Shown here piece by piece: positions 11,900 to 25,602 of a stretch of 64,000 nucleotides of DNA. Origin of the DNA: Hypanus sabinus (taxonomy: Eukaryota); NCBI RefSeq assembly GCF_030144855.1, contig NC_082712.1, positions 38,564,001 through 38,628,000 of the forward strand, written 5' to 3'. A program made the translations under genes and the position numbers. The notes beneath the pieces are model-generated. The model saw only the letters and a program-made list of their open reading frames with translations, was not told the DNA's origin and did no database searches. The number at the start of each line of letters is the position of its first letter. Positions within the stretch are counted from its first letter, which is position 1.

Positions 11900-13860
11900 G
11901 ACTGGTGTTTCTGCTAATGTAAATACAAGACCAGGATGGTATGTTGCCTCCTGGGAAATTGGGTTAAAATGTCACAGAATGACTTGAAGACATTCTCAAG
12001 GGGAAGTGTAAACAACAGAAGATTGTTATTCACATTGACACTAACAACATAGCTTGAAAACAAAAGGGGATGAGATGCTTTAACATGAATTTAGAGAGCA
12101 GACTAAAATGCCATACCTCTCAAGTTACTTCCAGTCCCATGTGCTATCAAATACAGTACTGTATAGGAACTGGTATTTGGATAACAAGGTACGAGTTTGC
12201 ATAAGGGGATGTACCAAAGGAGGGTTTTAGATTTCTGGATCACCAGTACTGCTTCGGGGGAAGACAGTATGTGTACACACTGTAATCCTGTATATACAGG
12301 ATGGTGTGCTAGTACTTTTGTGGAAAGTTTAAACTAATTAGATAGAGCATATGTACAGTTGAGGAGAGATCCAAATATAGAAGGAAAATTAATCCACTCT
12401 AGTTGACTGAGCATACAGTAACATTGGAGTAACAATGCATATGGGAGTTGTACTAGATTAAATTCATCTACCTTGATGCAAGAAGTCTGACTATTAAGGA
12501 AAATTAACCAAGAGCATTGATTAGCACATGAGAATACAAGAAAACTCCAGATGCTGGAATGGGAGCAACACATAAAAATGCTGGAGGAAATCAGTAGATC
12601 AGATAGCATAAATGGAAAGAAATAAACAGTTGACATTTTGGGCTGAAACCCTTCATAAGAATGAAAGAGAGGGCAAAACTCAAAATAAAGGGGGTGGGGA
12701 AGGGGAAGAGCACAATCTGGAATGTTACAGGTGAGTCCAAGTGAGAGGGGAACGTAGGTAAGTGTGGAAGGCAGTTGAAAGGGATTGATGTGAAAAGCTG
12801 AGAGGGGATAGATGGAAGAGGCAAAGGGTTGAAAAGAATGCAATCTGATACAAGAGGGCAGTAGACCATGGAATGAAAAGGAGGAGGTGGAGAAACAGAA
12901 GAGGGAAAGTGTAGTGATAGCAGGTTGTGCAGATGGGAGGGAAAGGAGAAGGGGTAATGGGTTAGAAGATTAAGGGAAAAGAAAGTTGGGCAGGGGCAGG
13001 TAGGAAAGCAGAGGGGAGTGGTTACTGGAATCCAAGAAATTAATACTGGTGCTGTCAAGTTGAAGGCTACCAAGATGGAATAAGGGGCGCTTCTAGCCTC
13101 AATTTGGCAGTAGAGGAAGCCCGAAGCAGACACACCAGTGTGGGAATGGGAGGTAGAATAAAAAAGTTGGCCACCAGGAAGTCCTGGATGTTACAGATGA
13201 CAGATCGAAGATGCTTCACAAAGTGATCCCTCAATCAGCATCAGGTCTCACCAATGCAGAAGAAGCCACAGAAGGAGCACCAGATGCAATAAATGACATG
13301 GAAGGACTGTTTATGGTCCTGAATTGTGGTGAGGGAGGAGGTATAGTTCCAGCTATAACATTTGGGATGGTGAAAGGGATAAGTGCCTGAAAGGAAATCA
13401 GAGGGGAGAGACTAGTGGACAAGGGAACAAGAGATTCATGGAGAGAATGATCTCTGCGGAAAGCAGAGGGGGAAGATGTGGTGATGGGGTGTCAGATGCA
13501 CAAAATGGCAGAGCTGACATTGAAATATTAATTAAGAAGTTCAATTACTGCAGAAATGAGGGAGAACATCCTAGAAGACTTTAAATGAGGCCATATGTTC
13601 AGAAACAAAAACAAAGATGAGGGTTGGGCATCACTTTGCTACAGCCTCCCATTAGCCCCAGGAGATTAAGGAGCAGAAATTTAGATAACTCACAAAAATA
13701 TTTGAGAATAACAGACTATAATAAGAAGTAATTTTAACTTCCCCAATATCAACTGGGATATCTTAGTGTTAAAGGCCTAGACAGAATGGGATTTTTAAAG
13801 TGCATCCAGAAGAGCAATTTGACTAGTACATGGTTAGCCTTTCTAGAGAAGGGGCAGTTG
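11900..13860 (+). mobile_element. CR1 LINE 5' region (ORF1 esterase-like end plus ORF2 endonuclease start), split by a Penelope-like insertion
   Basis: Degenerate RMVCCL.G...IVIHIDTNNI (SGNH-like) at ~11930-12050; IYLDARSL at ~12465; resumes after ~13500 with NFNFPNINW at ~13730. Confidence 0.65.
12536..13500 (-). mobile_element. Penelope-like element 3' part with degenerate hammerhead motif
   Basis: Same terminus (gatgctgga...cacataaaaatgctggaggaa) and GIY-YIG-coding remnant as 61325-62232; decayed hammerhead-like motif at ~12627-12662. Confidence 0.75.
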
Positions 13861-14433
13861 CTCTGACTTGTATTCTTTTGCAGAATTCCTCAAATCTGTG
13901 ACTTTTATCACTTATTAGGATTAAGGTCTAATGAATTGCCTTTGACCTTAAATGTTAACCATGTTTCTCTTTCCAAAGATGCTGCCTAACCTGTTAAGTG
14001 TTTCCAACATTTTCTGTTTTTATTTCAGATTTCCAAAACTCATACTCAATCTGCTCTACGTCAGTAAGTCTGTCAACAAGGAGTGAACAAAATATAAAAT
14101 CAATGATCATGGGTTTAGCTGTACTTGATTTTCCATTGCCACTGATGTATTTTTATTTAACTTCAATCACTTAGTGCACAAAAATATGGTGTAATATAAA
14201 GGCAACACTGATAAATCTTAAACTCTAATTCCCTGCATTTATGTGGAGAAACCCAGTATAGCTTCACCAACTAAATTATACAAATATGAAGAATTTTGAA
14301 TTGTCTTAGGTTTTCCTAGTTTAGCTTTAGAGATAAACAACTGATATGGAGTTACAAAGGACAGCTCAACTCTTGTAATTTTTAAACAAAACAACATGCT
14401 ATTATGATTCTTCATGGTTTAATTATGGTCTTC

Positions 14434-14575
14434 NNNNNNNNNNNNNNNNNNNNNNNNNNNNNNNNNNNNNNNNNNNNNNNNNNNNNNNNNNNNNNNNNNN
14501 NNNNNNNNNNNNNNNNNNNNNNNNNNNNNNNNNNNNNNNNNNNNNNNNNNNNNNNNNNNNNNNNNNNNNNNNNNN
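14434..14575. other. Assembly gap (142 N)
   Basis: Run of n characters inside a POLK intron. Confidence 1.
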
Positions 14576-14616
14576 CAGCAGCTATAGAGAGAAAAACTGA
14601 CTTAATGATTCAAGTC

Positions 14617-14787
14617 ACAAACACAAAATGCTGGAGGAACTCAGAAGTCCAGGCAGCATCTTTGGCAGGGACATAGCCCGAAACTTCGACTGTACTTTTT
14701 TTCCATAGGTGCTGCCTGGCCTGCTGAGTTCCTCCAGCATTTTGTGTGTGTTGTTCGGATTTCCAGCATCTGCAGATTTTCTCTCGT
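14617..14787. repeat. Fold-back element from inverted Penelope-like 3' termini
   Basis: acacaaaatgctggaggaactcag...ccaggcagcatct is inverted against gctgcctggcctgctgagttcctccagcattttgtgt; right arm keeps the half hammerhead gcccgaaacttcgactg. Confidence 0.75.
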
Positions 14788-15607
14788 TAATGATTCAAGT
14801 CTATGACATTTCTTGAAAACCTGAAATGTCATGCTTATCAGGTACGCTTACATGCTGGAGTCGGTGCTGTCTAATACTTGCTCAGCAGAAGACAAGCTAT
14901 ATTGTGCTCGACTGCAGGCTGCTGCAACATTTATGGACTCAGGGACAGACTATATATTTTACTGCTGTCTTATACAGTATGCGCAACGTATGACTGTTGG
15001 TATTGTGTTTTACACCTTGGTCCCAGAGTATTGGGGCTGTGTTTGGCTGCACTCATGGGTACTCATGCATGTTTGAATGACAATTAAATTTGAACTTGGT
15101 GTAATCCAATTCTCTTTGCCTATGTACTCACTGCATATTAATCAAAGTTTATCACAATATTTCATTATCTCTGTGGTGGGAAAAACCTCATCCATGCAAT
15201 TAAAAACAAAGTGGTAATATACACGGAAGAAGATTTAAAAACAGAATAAAAAGTACATTGGTACAAGAAACAGCATTCTCTGTAACTACAAGAGGTAGTG
15301 TAAGTTGACTTTTGTTTCACATAGTACAATAACCACTTTGTCAATTCAATGCAGTAACACAAATACCATTCATTGTTCCAGTTTTGGCAAACTACTAAAC
15401 TTACAAACTTAATATTAATGTGGATCCATTTAAACTTACCATCCAAATAATACTGCACTGTATATTGATATTGTAAGCTATTAGATATTTTAATACCTTT
15501 CATTCAGATATTAAACACATAATCTACATATATAGTTAAAACACAATAATTTGATGCTACTCCAAAATATAGGAATCTAAGCATTATTATTTTATTATTA
15601 TCCATAC

Positions 15608-15760
15608 CAGCATACTCATTGATCCAACAGCCATGGGTTTGTCTTTCAGTTCGGGGTTATCCTTCATCTCCACAGCAGCGTAAAAAGCATCCATGTCAAT
15701 ATGTACAATTGTGCGACTAAGATCACGGTTCTTCTTTAATTCAATCACAATTCGATCCAC
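15608..15760 (-). CDS. POLK: POLK coding exon 3 (palm, catalytic DMD and steric gate)
   Basis: ccag|GTGGATCGA...ATGCTG|gtatgg, 153 bp; [51 protein letters not shown]. Confidence 0.98.
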
Positions 15761-16324
15761 CTGGATAATTAGGTGAAGTCAAATATTACATTCATTTTAG
15801 ACAAAATAATGAAGTTCTTGGTTATGCAATCTAGGCTCTAAATACATATATTTGTACTAAGTTTTTGTTTGTTTGTCATAGCTCCCACACACAGGATTAG
15901 AATGGTACCTGCAAAGAGAAACCAATCATGTGAAAAAACCACAGAATTTAGGGTGGTTTTCATTGAAGGACAGAAAACTGGAGACATTAACAGAAGTCAA
16001 AATTTTGAAAAAGGTCAGAACATTGAAGAGTACAACACAGGAACAAACCTTCAGCAGACAATGTTTGTGCTAACCAGGGTGCCAACCTAAACTAACCCCA
16101 TTCACTAGCACTTGGTTTGTATGCTTCTATTCCTAGTTTGTCTAAATGCCTTTTAAATATTGCTATCATATCTGCTTCTACCTTCTCCCTGGCATTTACC
16201 ACTTCCTGTCAAAAAAAAAGCTTGCCTTGCAAACTTCCTTTGAACTTTCTCCCTCCCACTTTAAACTTATGCCCTTGAGTATTTGATATTTCCACCCTGG
16301 AGTGAACACCATCTACCATGCCTA

Positions 16325-17130
16325 CACACACAAAATCCTGAAGGATCTCAGCAGGCTGGATAGCATCTATGGAAAAGAGAAAAGTCGATGTATGGGCTGA
16401 GACCCTTCATCAGGACTGAAGAAACAAAAGATGAGGAGTCAGTGCTAGAGGGTGGGGGAAGGGTAGGAAGAAACTCAAGGTGACAGGTGAAACCGGGAGG
16501 GGGAAAGGGGTGAAGTAAAGAGCTGGGAAGTTGATTGGTGAAAGAGTTACAGGCTGGAGAAGAGGGTATCTAATGGGAGAGGACAGAAGGCCATGGAAGA
16601 TAGAAAAAGGGAAAGAGCATCAGAGTGAGGTGATGGGCAGATAAGGAGATGAGTGAGATGGAAAAGGGAGTGAGTAATTGCAAAGGGGGGGGGGGTGCCT
16701 TACCGAAAGTTGGAGAAATCGATTTTGATACCATCAGGTTGGAGGTTACCCAGATGGAATATAAGATGTTGTTCCTCCAACCTGAGTATGGTCTCTTCAT
16801 GACAGTACAGGCCATGGACTGACATGTTGGAAGGGAAATGGGAATGGGAAGTATAATTAAAATGGGTGGCCACTGGGAGATCCTTCGTTTTTTGGAGTGT
16901 GGGTGCTTGGTGAAGTGGTCTCCCAATCTAAGTCAGATCTCACCAATATACAGCAGGCCAAACCAGGAGCACCCAACAAACTCACAGGAGAAGTGTTACG
17001 TCACTTGAAGGACTGTTTCCGGCCCCTGAATGGTAGTGAGGGAGGAGGTGAAGAGATAGGTGTAGCACTTGTTCCGCTTGCAAGGTTAAGTGCCAGGAGG
17101 GAGATCGGAGGGGGTGGGGGGAGAGACAAA
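16325..17130 (-). mobile_element. Penelope-like element 3' part (GIY-YIG C-terminus plus terminus)
   Basis: LGDHFTKH...VATHFN...LRLEEQHLIFHLGNLQPDGIKIDFSNF across frames; hammerhead-like CAGTCCTGATGAAGGGTCTCAGCCC on - strand within 16382-16418. Confidence 0.85.
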
Positions 17131-19499
17131 TTGCACATATCCTTGCATGATCTCCCTCCTGTCCCTTATTCTTGGACATTCATCCCTCCTCACTGATCTC
17201 CCTCCTGGATGAACTCACAGCCTTCTGGTACAGCATTCCAAAGATGTACCACCATTTTAGTAATAAACTCTCCTCTTTGTAACCCTAAATAACATGCCCT
17301 TTATTTTTAAACTACAGTTCCTCAGATGAGGAAAACATCTTCCCTGCATTCGCCCTGCCGAATCCTGTAAGAAATCTCAATGGTTTTTTTTATGAGAGGA
17401 TTTGAATGTCCAACAGTGAAAGACTTAGCTAGAATGGGCAAGACGAACAGTTTATAACATATGTCTATCAATCTCCTTTCATGGCAATCCTGACTCTTAA
17501 ATTGGTATTTCACCAAATGATCAATTTTCAAGCTTCCTCTTAATGCTATTCTACCAGAAAACCTAATATTTCAGTCCCTTTAGATTTCTTATCTGCACAG
17601 CATTTTGCAGTGCACAAATATCAGTTTAATTATTTACTATGCATCACCCATTACAAATCTTGAATGCTAATCTTAGGTTTGGTTCTTCTCTGATAAATAT
17701 TGATAATATTATTTTCTGATGATACTTGAAGCAGTATCCAAGGGACAGTTTCAGAAAACTGTCAACTCTAAGCCACATGCCATAAACAGGGACATAAAAA
17801 CTTGCTTATGATTCAAATTATTACAGATCACCAATTCATCAAATTCTAGTCAGCAACTGGGGTTTCTACAAATAACTTCTGAAACCCTAAAATAAGGAGG
17901 AGGGGAAATGAAAATGTTTCCAAATGCTTTCAAGTTGCTTTATAATAACTTTTGAATGGACAAGGTCTAGACTGATTGAAATATATTTCAGGGCTACATA
18001 ACTTTCCATTATACACAAATGATTCACGAAGGAAACTAGTTCTCACTAATCATGCCAGACTATCTATCTTGAGCTGGTTCCTCCAGAACATAGAAAAAAT
18101 GGAATTAGTTTTTTAAAATTAACTTCAAATTTAAAAAAAACAAGCATTCATACTATAATGAACAGTTAAGGATAAAATAATCATAAGAATTTGACACAAG
18201 ATTTAATCTTTAATCTGACTTTATTCCTCAAGGTTCCAGAATCCAATAATAATAATCAATTAATCATAAGATACAATTTCTATCAAATGCTATTTTAATA
18301 CCAGAATAAATCAACTTATTTTTCAATTCTTTAACACAACTATTTTAATATATGCTTAAAAAACATGGCAGTCACATAATCCACTGCTGTTGGTCCTTTT
18401 CCAAAACAAAATAAACTGTTCATTTATATTTCAGAAAAAAAGTATTGCCAAAGATAAATGAAGACATATTAAAGACCAAACTTGATTATATTTTTGATCC
18501 TGCTTAACTTGTGACAATCTGGCAAAAACTCAGATCAAGTTTTAAAAATAATGAAGTCCACTATGAGCTTTGACTAGTTCTTTTACCACAGGGTTTCAAA
18601 TACTACAATTAATATTGGAATGAAAGAACTGTGTGTTACCATGTGAATGATTTTGGAACATCATGCCCCTTGGATGCTCACTGCAAATTCCTCAAAGTTG
18701 AAACACATGATCTACTTCATGCCACGAGGGTATGACTAATCAAAGTTTTCTCGCTCACTTAGTTGGCAAGGAATTCACTATAAAATCTATTTAATCATTT
18801 CTTAGAGACACTACCAAGAACTACAGTTCATTTGAAGCCATTATGCATTACTTCAGAAAAATAATGTCATACTTTTCAGAAAAAGGTAACATAATGAGAC
18901 ACCGCATACAGCAGATTGACAGAATACACAAAACCAATCAGGACCAAGAACAATGTAAACAAAAGAAAATCTAATGGAATTGCTGCCGCTATTAAAAGAA
19001 TTCAGGTGCTCCTACATTATGGACATTTGAGTTAAGGACATTATCCCTCATGGAATTCATAAATATCCCCAGAAATCCAAAATAAGGAAAGTTCACTCAT
19101 GGAATTTGCATGGGGAAAAATAGGGCATCCGTAAAATTAAATGAATAATCTGGGATTTGAAAAAAAAATCTAGTTTTCATTATGGTGACTGTAGAAACTA
19201 CTCGGTCATCATAAAAATCTGGTTCACTGATGTGTTCCTTCCACCCTTAATTGTTTTGAACTAAGTGGCTTTCTGCTTGATAAAATGGTGGTCTTGCTGA
19301 TGAAACTTCGATCACTTGCAAAAAATGAACAAATTTAATTTGATTTTTTAAATTAGGAGCAAGTTTAAAGAAAAGCTTATGCTAACTTTCTTTTACATGT
19401 GTACAGGAAATCTGAAATAAGAGCTGAAAACAGAGACCGAGGTAGCGTGCAATAGGTGGAGGGGGCTCTGGAGGATGCAGATTGGGATCAGGGAATACA

Positions 19500-20980
19500 G
19501 ACGCACGGGCAAAATCACTGAAGACTAATAGGTGGGGTAATCTATTTTGCCGAGAAAATAGAAAGGCAGATTTTTTTTAAATGATGACAAATTGTTTGGT
19601 GTCTAGATACACTTGGATGATAATATCTAGATTCAGCAATCAACTAGAAACGCTATAATGGAAGTGTAAAATATTGCATTTTGGGAAGTCAAGTAGGGGA
19701 CATATATAAAAAATGGCTGGATTTTCAGGAAAGTTGATGAATAGAGGGGCAATGGAGTTCAAGTCCATAGTTCCCTGAAAATGGCAACAGAGGTAGAGGG
19801 GGAGTAAAGAAGGCAAATGGCATGCTTGTCTTCATAGGTCATGACAGAAAATAAAAGTTCGAAGGCTATGCTGCAACTTTACCAAATACTAATTAGGCAA
19901 ATCTGGAGTATTGTGTGTAGTTCTCATCACCACTCTAAAGGAAAGAAGTTGTGTCAGAGAGAGCGTAATATTCATCAGGATATTGCCTGAATTGGAGGAC
20001 TTCAGTTCTGGGGTCAGATTGGATACACAAGGTTTGTTTTCTCAGGAACAAAATAAGCTGAGTGGTGACCTGATAAAGGTCTATGAACTTATAAGAGGCA
20101 TCGATATCATAGTAAGTCCGAATCATTTTCCCTTGGTAGAAATATCAAAAAAAAACAAGAGGATGTAGGTTTAAAGTAAGATGTAAGAGCTTTAGAAGAC
20201 ATTTGAGGGTAAGTTTTACTTTATTACACAGAAAGTAATAAATGCCTGGAACATACTACTGAGCAGGCTGTGATACAACCACTATGTCTAAGAGAGATTT
20301 GGTCAGGCACCTGGACAGGTAAGGCAGAGAATGATGCAGACCTAATGGGATGAGTGTAGATGGGTTAAATGGTTATATCAGATGTGGTTGGCCAAAGAGC
20401 CGATTCTGTGGTATACAACTCTGTATGTCTTGATCCTGCATATAAGGGTACAGATGAATTCCTCTAATTATGCAGAACTGGAATACAGCTGGCTTCCCTA
20501 CCTAAGGAATCATATATCTGGGATGGAGGGAATACAGTGAAGGATCTCCAGATTAATTATTTGGAATGGCAGGTGTGTCATTATAGGCAAGATGAAACTG
20601 AATATGCCTGTGTTTAAGTTTACAAGAATAGAGTTTCCAATGGAACAGACAAAATTCTTATGAAACTGCAGGATAAAAGCAATGGTAATGTTTTCCCTGG
20701 CTGGGGAGTATAGAATTAGGAGTCACATTCTCCAAATAAGAGGCAGTGATGAAATGAATTTCTTCATTAGAGGATGATGAATCTTTGAAATTCACTGCCC
20801 AATAGGGCTGTGGATGTTCAGTTGCTCAGTATATTACAAGCAGAGATAGATATTTAAATACCTAAGGAGTCAAGGGATGTGGGGTTAATGCAGAGAGGTG
20901 CAGGATCAGCTATGACCCTATTTAAACTGACAAAGGGGCACAAGAGGCCTGCTGATGCTTCTATATTTTTACATTCCAAT
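19500..20980 (+). mobile_element. Decayed CR1 LINE 3' fragments (two or three adjacent or nested pieces)
   Basis: Motifs such as LEYCV*FSSP and LSGDLIKVYELIRGID (ORF 19911-20168); a second 3' end from ~20430. Confidence 0.7.
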
Positions 20981-21188
20981 GTCTGTCATAGGGTAGAGAC
21001 CGAAAGAGACAGATGGCAGTAATGCTGACAGAGAAAGTTACGAAAGCTTATTAACCATTGCTGATCTGTCAAAAGGAACTATAAATAGAAAGTGTGAATG
21101 AGAAAAAAAATGTTGAAAACGTGAAATATAACCACTGGAGATCAGAAGCAAATATGTGCTTATTTCTACTTTCTTCCTTGCCAATTAC

Positions 21189-21308
21189 CTGCTGCTGACG
21201 CTTCTTCAGCTGATGCTCTGTAATCTGCACTTTCTGCTGCAACATTTTCTCAATACGTTGATTCACCTGTTGTTCCTTCTTTTGTTCATTTTCATAGAAT
21301 CTTGATCC
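21189..21308 (-). CDS. POLK: POLK coding exon 2 (N-clasp)
   Basis: cctag|GGATCAAGA...CAGCAG|gtaatt, 120 bp; GSRFYENEQKKEQQVNQRIEKMLQQKVQITEHQLKKRQQQ. Confidence 0.97.
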
Positions 21309-22419
21309 CTAGGACCAAAAAGAAATTACAACTAAATTTAGAGTTAAAAAGAAAACAAATATGCTGGCTATCTAATTACTAACAAAACAATTTTAAGGTT
21401 TCATTTTTTGACAAAGATAATCAGATTATAATTAATACAAAATTATGTAAGACGAGCTGCTGGTTCTCAAAGACAATGCTCACTCAAGAAAGGTAAGTGA
21501 ATTTTTCAAATGCTGAAAAACCTCGTAATTATGGAAGAGCAGACAATCAAGAGTCCATGCATTGAAAGTAGTAAAAGCCGACAGATACAAAAAAAAATTT
21601 AAAAGTTCTCCCAATGATTGGAATATAAATAAGGGGAATGTTTATGTTTCCAATACTGGAAATACTTTAGTCACCTGAACCCAAAATAAAAATCACAGTG
21701 GCAAGCAATCAGCACAGATATGTAACTATATGTCAAATGTCGCTAATTTTACCATAATTCCTCATGAAAGGCATTAGCAAAGAGGAGATAATCAGATTCC
21801 ATAACAAATTTCAATCTGAAAAATACCACCTTTTTTAAAATTCAGATTTATTTGTTACTTATACATCAAAACATACAATGGAATATGTCAATTTTGTTAA
21901 AATCAACACACTTAAGGAAGTGCTAGGGCAGTCCACAAGTGTCACCATACATTCCAGTGTCAACCTAGCATGCCTAGAATGTACACAATGTAAGAGAAAA
22001 CTAATATAACATAAAATAGAGAGAAGAAAGGGAGGAGTAAATCCAGATAAGTGAAAGTAAAATAGTCAATTGATGATCAACTAGTCTAAATCTGTGATTC
22101 CACATAGTGAATTCTTTGTTAGTTAAACTATAGAGGTTAAAAATACCTACTTAATAACCCTAATAAATCCAGAAGTACAGAGAGCATATTATACATGTTA
22201 TCCATTAAGCACATTACCATATGATACAATTAGCCCATCTTTCCTGATCAATATACATGAATCACATAATAACCCAGGGTTCAAACATTCAGTCCAAGTG
22301 AAGCAGTGATTCACTTGCATGCGGTCTAATCCAGTGTACTGCATTTGGGATTCAAAGCATGGGCTCCACTACAATGGAGAAACTAAATGTAGAGTAGATG
22401 ATCACCTTATGGAACACCT

Positions 22420-24050
22420 TAAGACCACAAGACATGGGAGCAGAATTCGCCATTCTATCATGGCTGAATTATTATCCGTCTCAACCCTATTCTTCTGCCT
22501 TCTACTCATAACCTCTGATGCCCTTACTAATCAAGAACCCATCAACCGCCATTTTAAATATAGCCAATGATTTGGCCCCTACAGTCACCTGTGGCAATGT
22601 ATTCCACAGGTTCACCATTCTTTGGCTAAAGAAATTCTTCCTCATCTCTGTTCTAAAGGGACTTTGTTCTATTCTAAGGCTGTTCTCTCTGGTCCTAGAC
22701 TCACCCATAATAGGAAACATCCTCTCTACATCCATTCTTTCTAGGTGTTTTGATGGGTTTAAATGAGGTCCCCTTCATTCTTCTAAACACCAGCAAGTAG
22801 AGGCTCAGAGCCAACAAACACTCATACATTAACGTTTTCGTTAGCGGAATTACTGTCATGAAACTTCTCTGGACCCTCTCCAATGCCAGCACATTTTTTC
22901 TTTGATAGGAGGGCTAAAGTTGCTCACAATACTCCAAGTATGATCTGACCAATGCCTTATAAAGCCTCAGCATTACATCCTTGCCTTTATATTCTAGTCC
23001 TCTTGAAATGAATGCTAATATTGTTGTTACCTTCCTTACCACCAACTCAACCGGCAAGTTAACCTTTCAGGAATCCTGCATGAGGATTCCCAAGTTCCTT
23101 TGCACCTTTGATTTTGGAATTTTCTCCATTTAGAAAAGTCTATACCTTTATTCCTTCTACTATAGTGCATGAACATACACTTCCCTACACTATATGTCAG
23201 CTGCCACTTCTTTGCCCATTCTCCTAATCTGTCTAAGTCCTTCTGCAAATTCCCTACTTCTTCAACACTACCTAACCCCTCCATCTACCTATCTTCATAA
23301 CATCCACAAACCTGGCCACAAAGCCACCAATTACGTCATCCAAATCATTTACATATAACGTGAAAAGAAGCGGTCCCAACACTGACCCCTACAGAACACC
23401 ACTAGTCACTGGGAGCCAATCAGAAAAGGCCCCCTTTATTCCCACTGTTTGCTATCTTCTATCCATGCTAGTATCTTTCCTGTAATACCATGGACTCTGA
23501 TTTTATTTTGACGCTTCATGGGCAGTACCTTGTCAAAGGCCTTCTGAAAATCAAAGTGAACAACACCCACTGACTCTCCTTTGTCTATCCTGCCTGGTAT
23601 TTCCTCAAAGAATTCCAACAGATTTGTAGGGCAAGATTTCCCCTTCAGGAAACTATTGCTGACTTTGCACTATTTTAGCTTGTGATTCCAAGTACCCTGA
23701 AACTTCATCCTTAATAAAGGACTCAAACACCTTCCCAACGCTGAAGTCAAGCTAACTGGCCTATAATTTCCTGTCTATTGCCTCAAACTCTTCTTAAAGA
23801 GTGGAGTGACATTTGCAATTTTCCACTCTTCTGGAACCATTCCATAGTTTAGTGATTCTTGAAAGATCGCTAGTAATGCATCCACAATCTCTTCAGCTAC
23901 CTCTTTCAGAACCCTGGGGTAAAGTCCATTTGGTCTGGGTAATTTACCCGCCATCAGACCTTTCAGTTTCCCAAGCACCTTTGCCATTGTAATAGCAACT
24001 ACACTGACTTGTGCCCGTAGACACTCTTGAATTTCTAATGGTGCCATCTA
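22420..24050 (-). mobile_element. CR1/L3 LINE ORF2 (RT) remnant
   Basis: VPEEWKIANVTPLFKK, DFQKAFDKV, LQKDLDRLGEWAKKWQ and RTEMRKNFFSQRMVNLWN in successive broken ORFs. Confidence 0.9.
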
Positions 24051-25284
24051 CAGTGAAGATTTTCACATTCAGTTAGAAGAGCAGTGGTGATCCAAAAACG
24101 TCCCGTTGTGTGTCACTTTAATTCACAATCTTGTTTCTCTTCTGACCTGTCCACCTGCAACCTCCACCTCTGCTTAGTTGAGATTCAACATGAACTTGGA
24201 AAAAATCTCATGATCTATATAGTCATGCTGTTTCCTTAAAATGTCTTGTTAACTGCCAGTACTCATGCTGTTCATCACCTCATCTAGCTTAACCTATCCC
24301 CATAGTTCCTCACTAGTCCTGCCAGCTCTGCTTTGAAAACAACAAACTCTCCACTGCCCACAGTTCTGAGGCTGGGTCATTGACCCAAAATGTTAACTGG
24401 TTTCCCTTTCCACATAAGCAGCTTGACTAAGAACTCTTCCAGCTTTCAGTTGTTGACTCATAATTTCCACAAACCAATCAGATCCCAATGATCAATTTGT
24501 AAGTCAGAGGCAATGACACTTTCGTTCAATTTAAAAAGAACATTTTCAGTATTACTTTTCCATTTTTAAAATTATTTTTAGAGTTCTAATAAAACTCTCT
24601 GGCTAGGCACGAGGTAAATCTCTTCCTAGTTGGTGTAAAAAGGCAGTATTTTTCCAGAGCAAAACAATGATGAGAGTAAATTGTACTTGTTAGGCCAAAA
24701 TTCAGGTCTCTGCTAAAATGCAATTGTCATGTGTTGGATTCCAAATATTCTGTTAATCCTCATAGTGAGTATAATTAGATTTTCTTTTACAGAAAAGCAT
24801 ATTTTGTGCAGTAATTCAGGGTGGAAACGCTGATCAATTTATTAATGCAGATGAAAAGAGGGTTTAATTACAAAAACAGTATTTCTAAAGAGTGTCCAAA
24901 CTGTAAGTAATCAGTTTGATCCAAAATAACACCAGGTCAACCTTGTAAAAGGCAACATTCCTAGGTGTAATTTAGATGAAAAGCACATGTTTTTACATCA
25001 TAGCAAAAGAGAAGAAAAATAAAATTTGTGATATTATTAAAGGCAATTTAAAAATAAATCACTGTACAGGTGAAGTCAACTTGTTGATCATATAACTCGA
25101 GATATCAATGCCCTATAACAAGCAAGTTCCAGTGCTGCTGAATGGATTTCCAAGTATATTTATCAAAACATTTTTTCCAGTGGCTTTGCAAAGTCATATA
25201 CATGAATAAATTAATATTTTTGAGGTTTGACAATTCAAGAAAAATGTTGGAACGCCTATTTGGGATCATTTGTGAGATAATCAT

Positions 25285-25602
25285 GGATCATCAGAGTGTT
25301 TTTCCCAAGACTGAAATGGCTAACACAAGAGGTTCCAGTTTTAAGGTGCTTGGAAGTAGGTACAGAGGAGATGTCAGGGGTAAGTTTTTTATGCAGAGAG
25401 TGGTGAATGCGTGGAGTGGGCTGCCAGTAACAATGGTGGAGGCGAATACCATAGTCTTTTAAGAGACTCTTGGATAGGTACATGGAGCTTAGAAAAATAG
25501 AGGCTATGGGTAACCCTACATAATTTCTAAAGAAAGTACATGTTCGGCACAGCATCATGGGTCAAAGGGCCTGTATTATGCTGTAAGTTCTCTATGTTTC
25601 TA
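25285..25602 (+). mobile_element. CR1 LINE 3' end
   Basis: ANTRGSSFKVLGSRYRGDVRGKFFMQRVVNAWSGLP followed by a (tctatgtt)n tail. Confidence 0.85.

Noticed and set aside
12334-13133. Long 169-180 aa ORFs rich in P/F/S/L (also 61304-61738 and 63413-63880)
   Set aside because: Translations of the pyrimidine-rich untranslated tail of Penelope-like elements; low complexity, not genes.
14404-14676. ORF spanning X residues
   Set aside because: Artefact of the N gap. POLK exons on either side join in frame (15608 to 10623), so no coding exon needs to be hidden in it.
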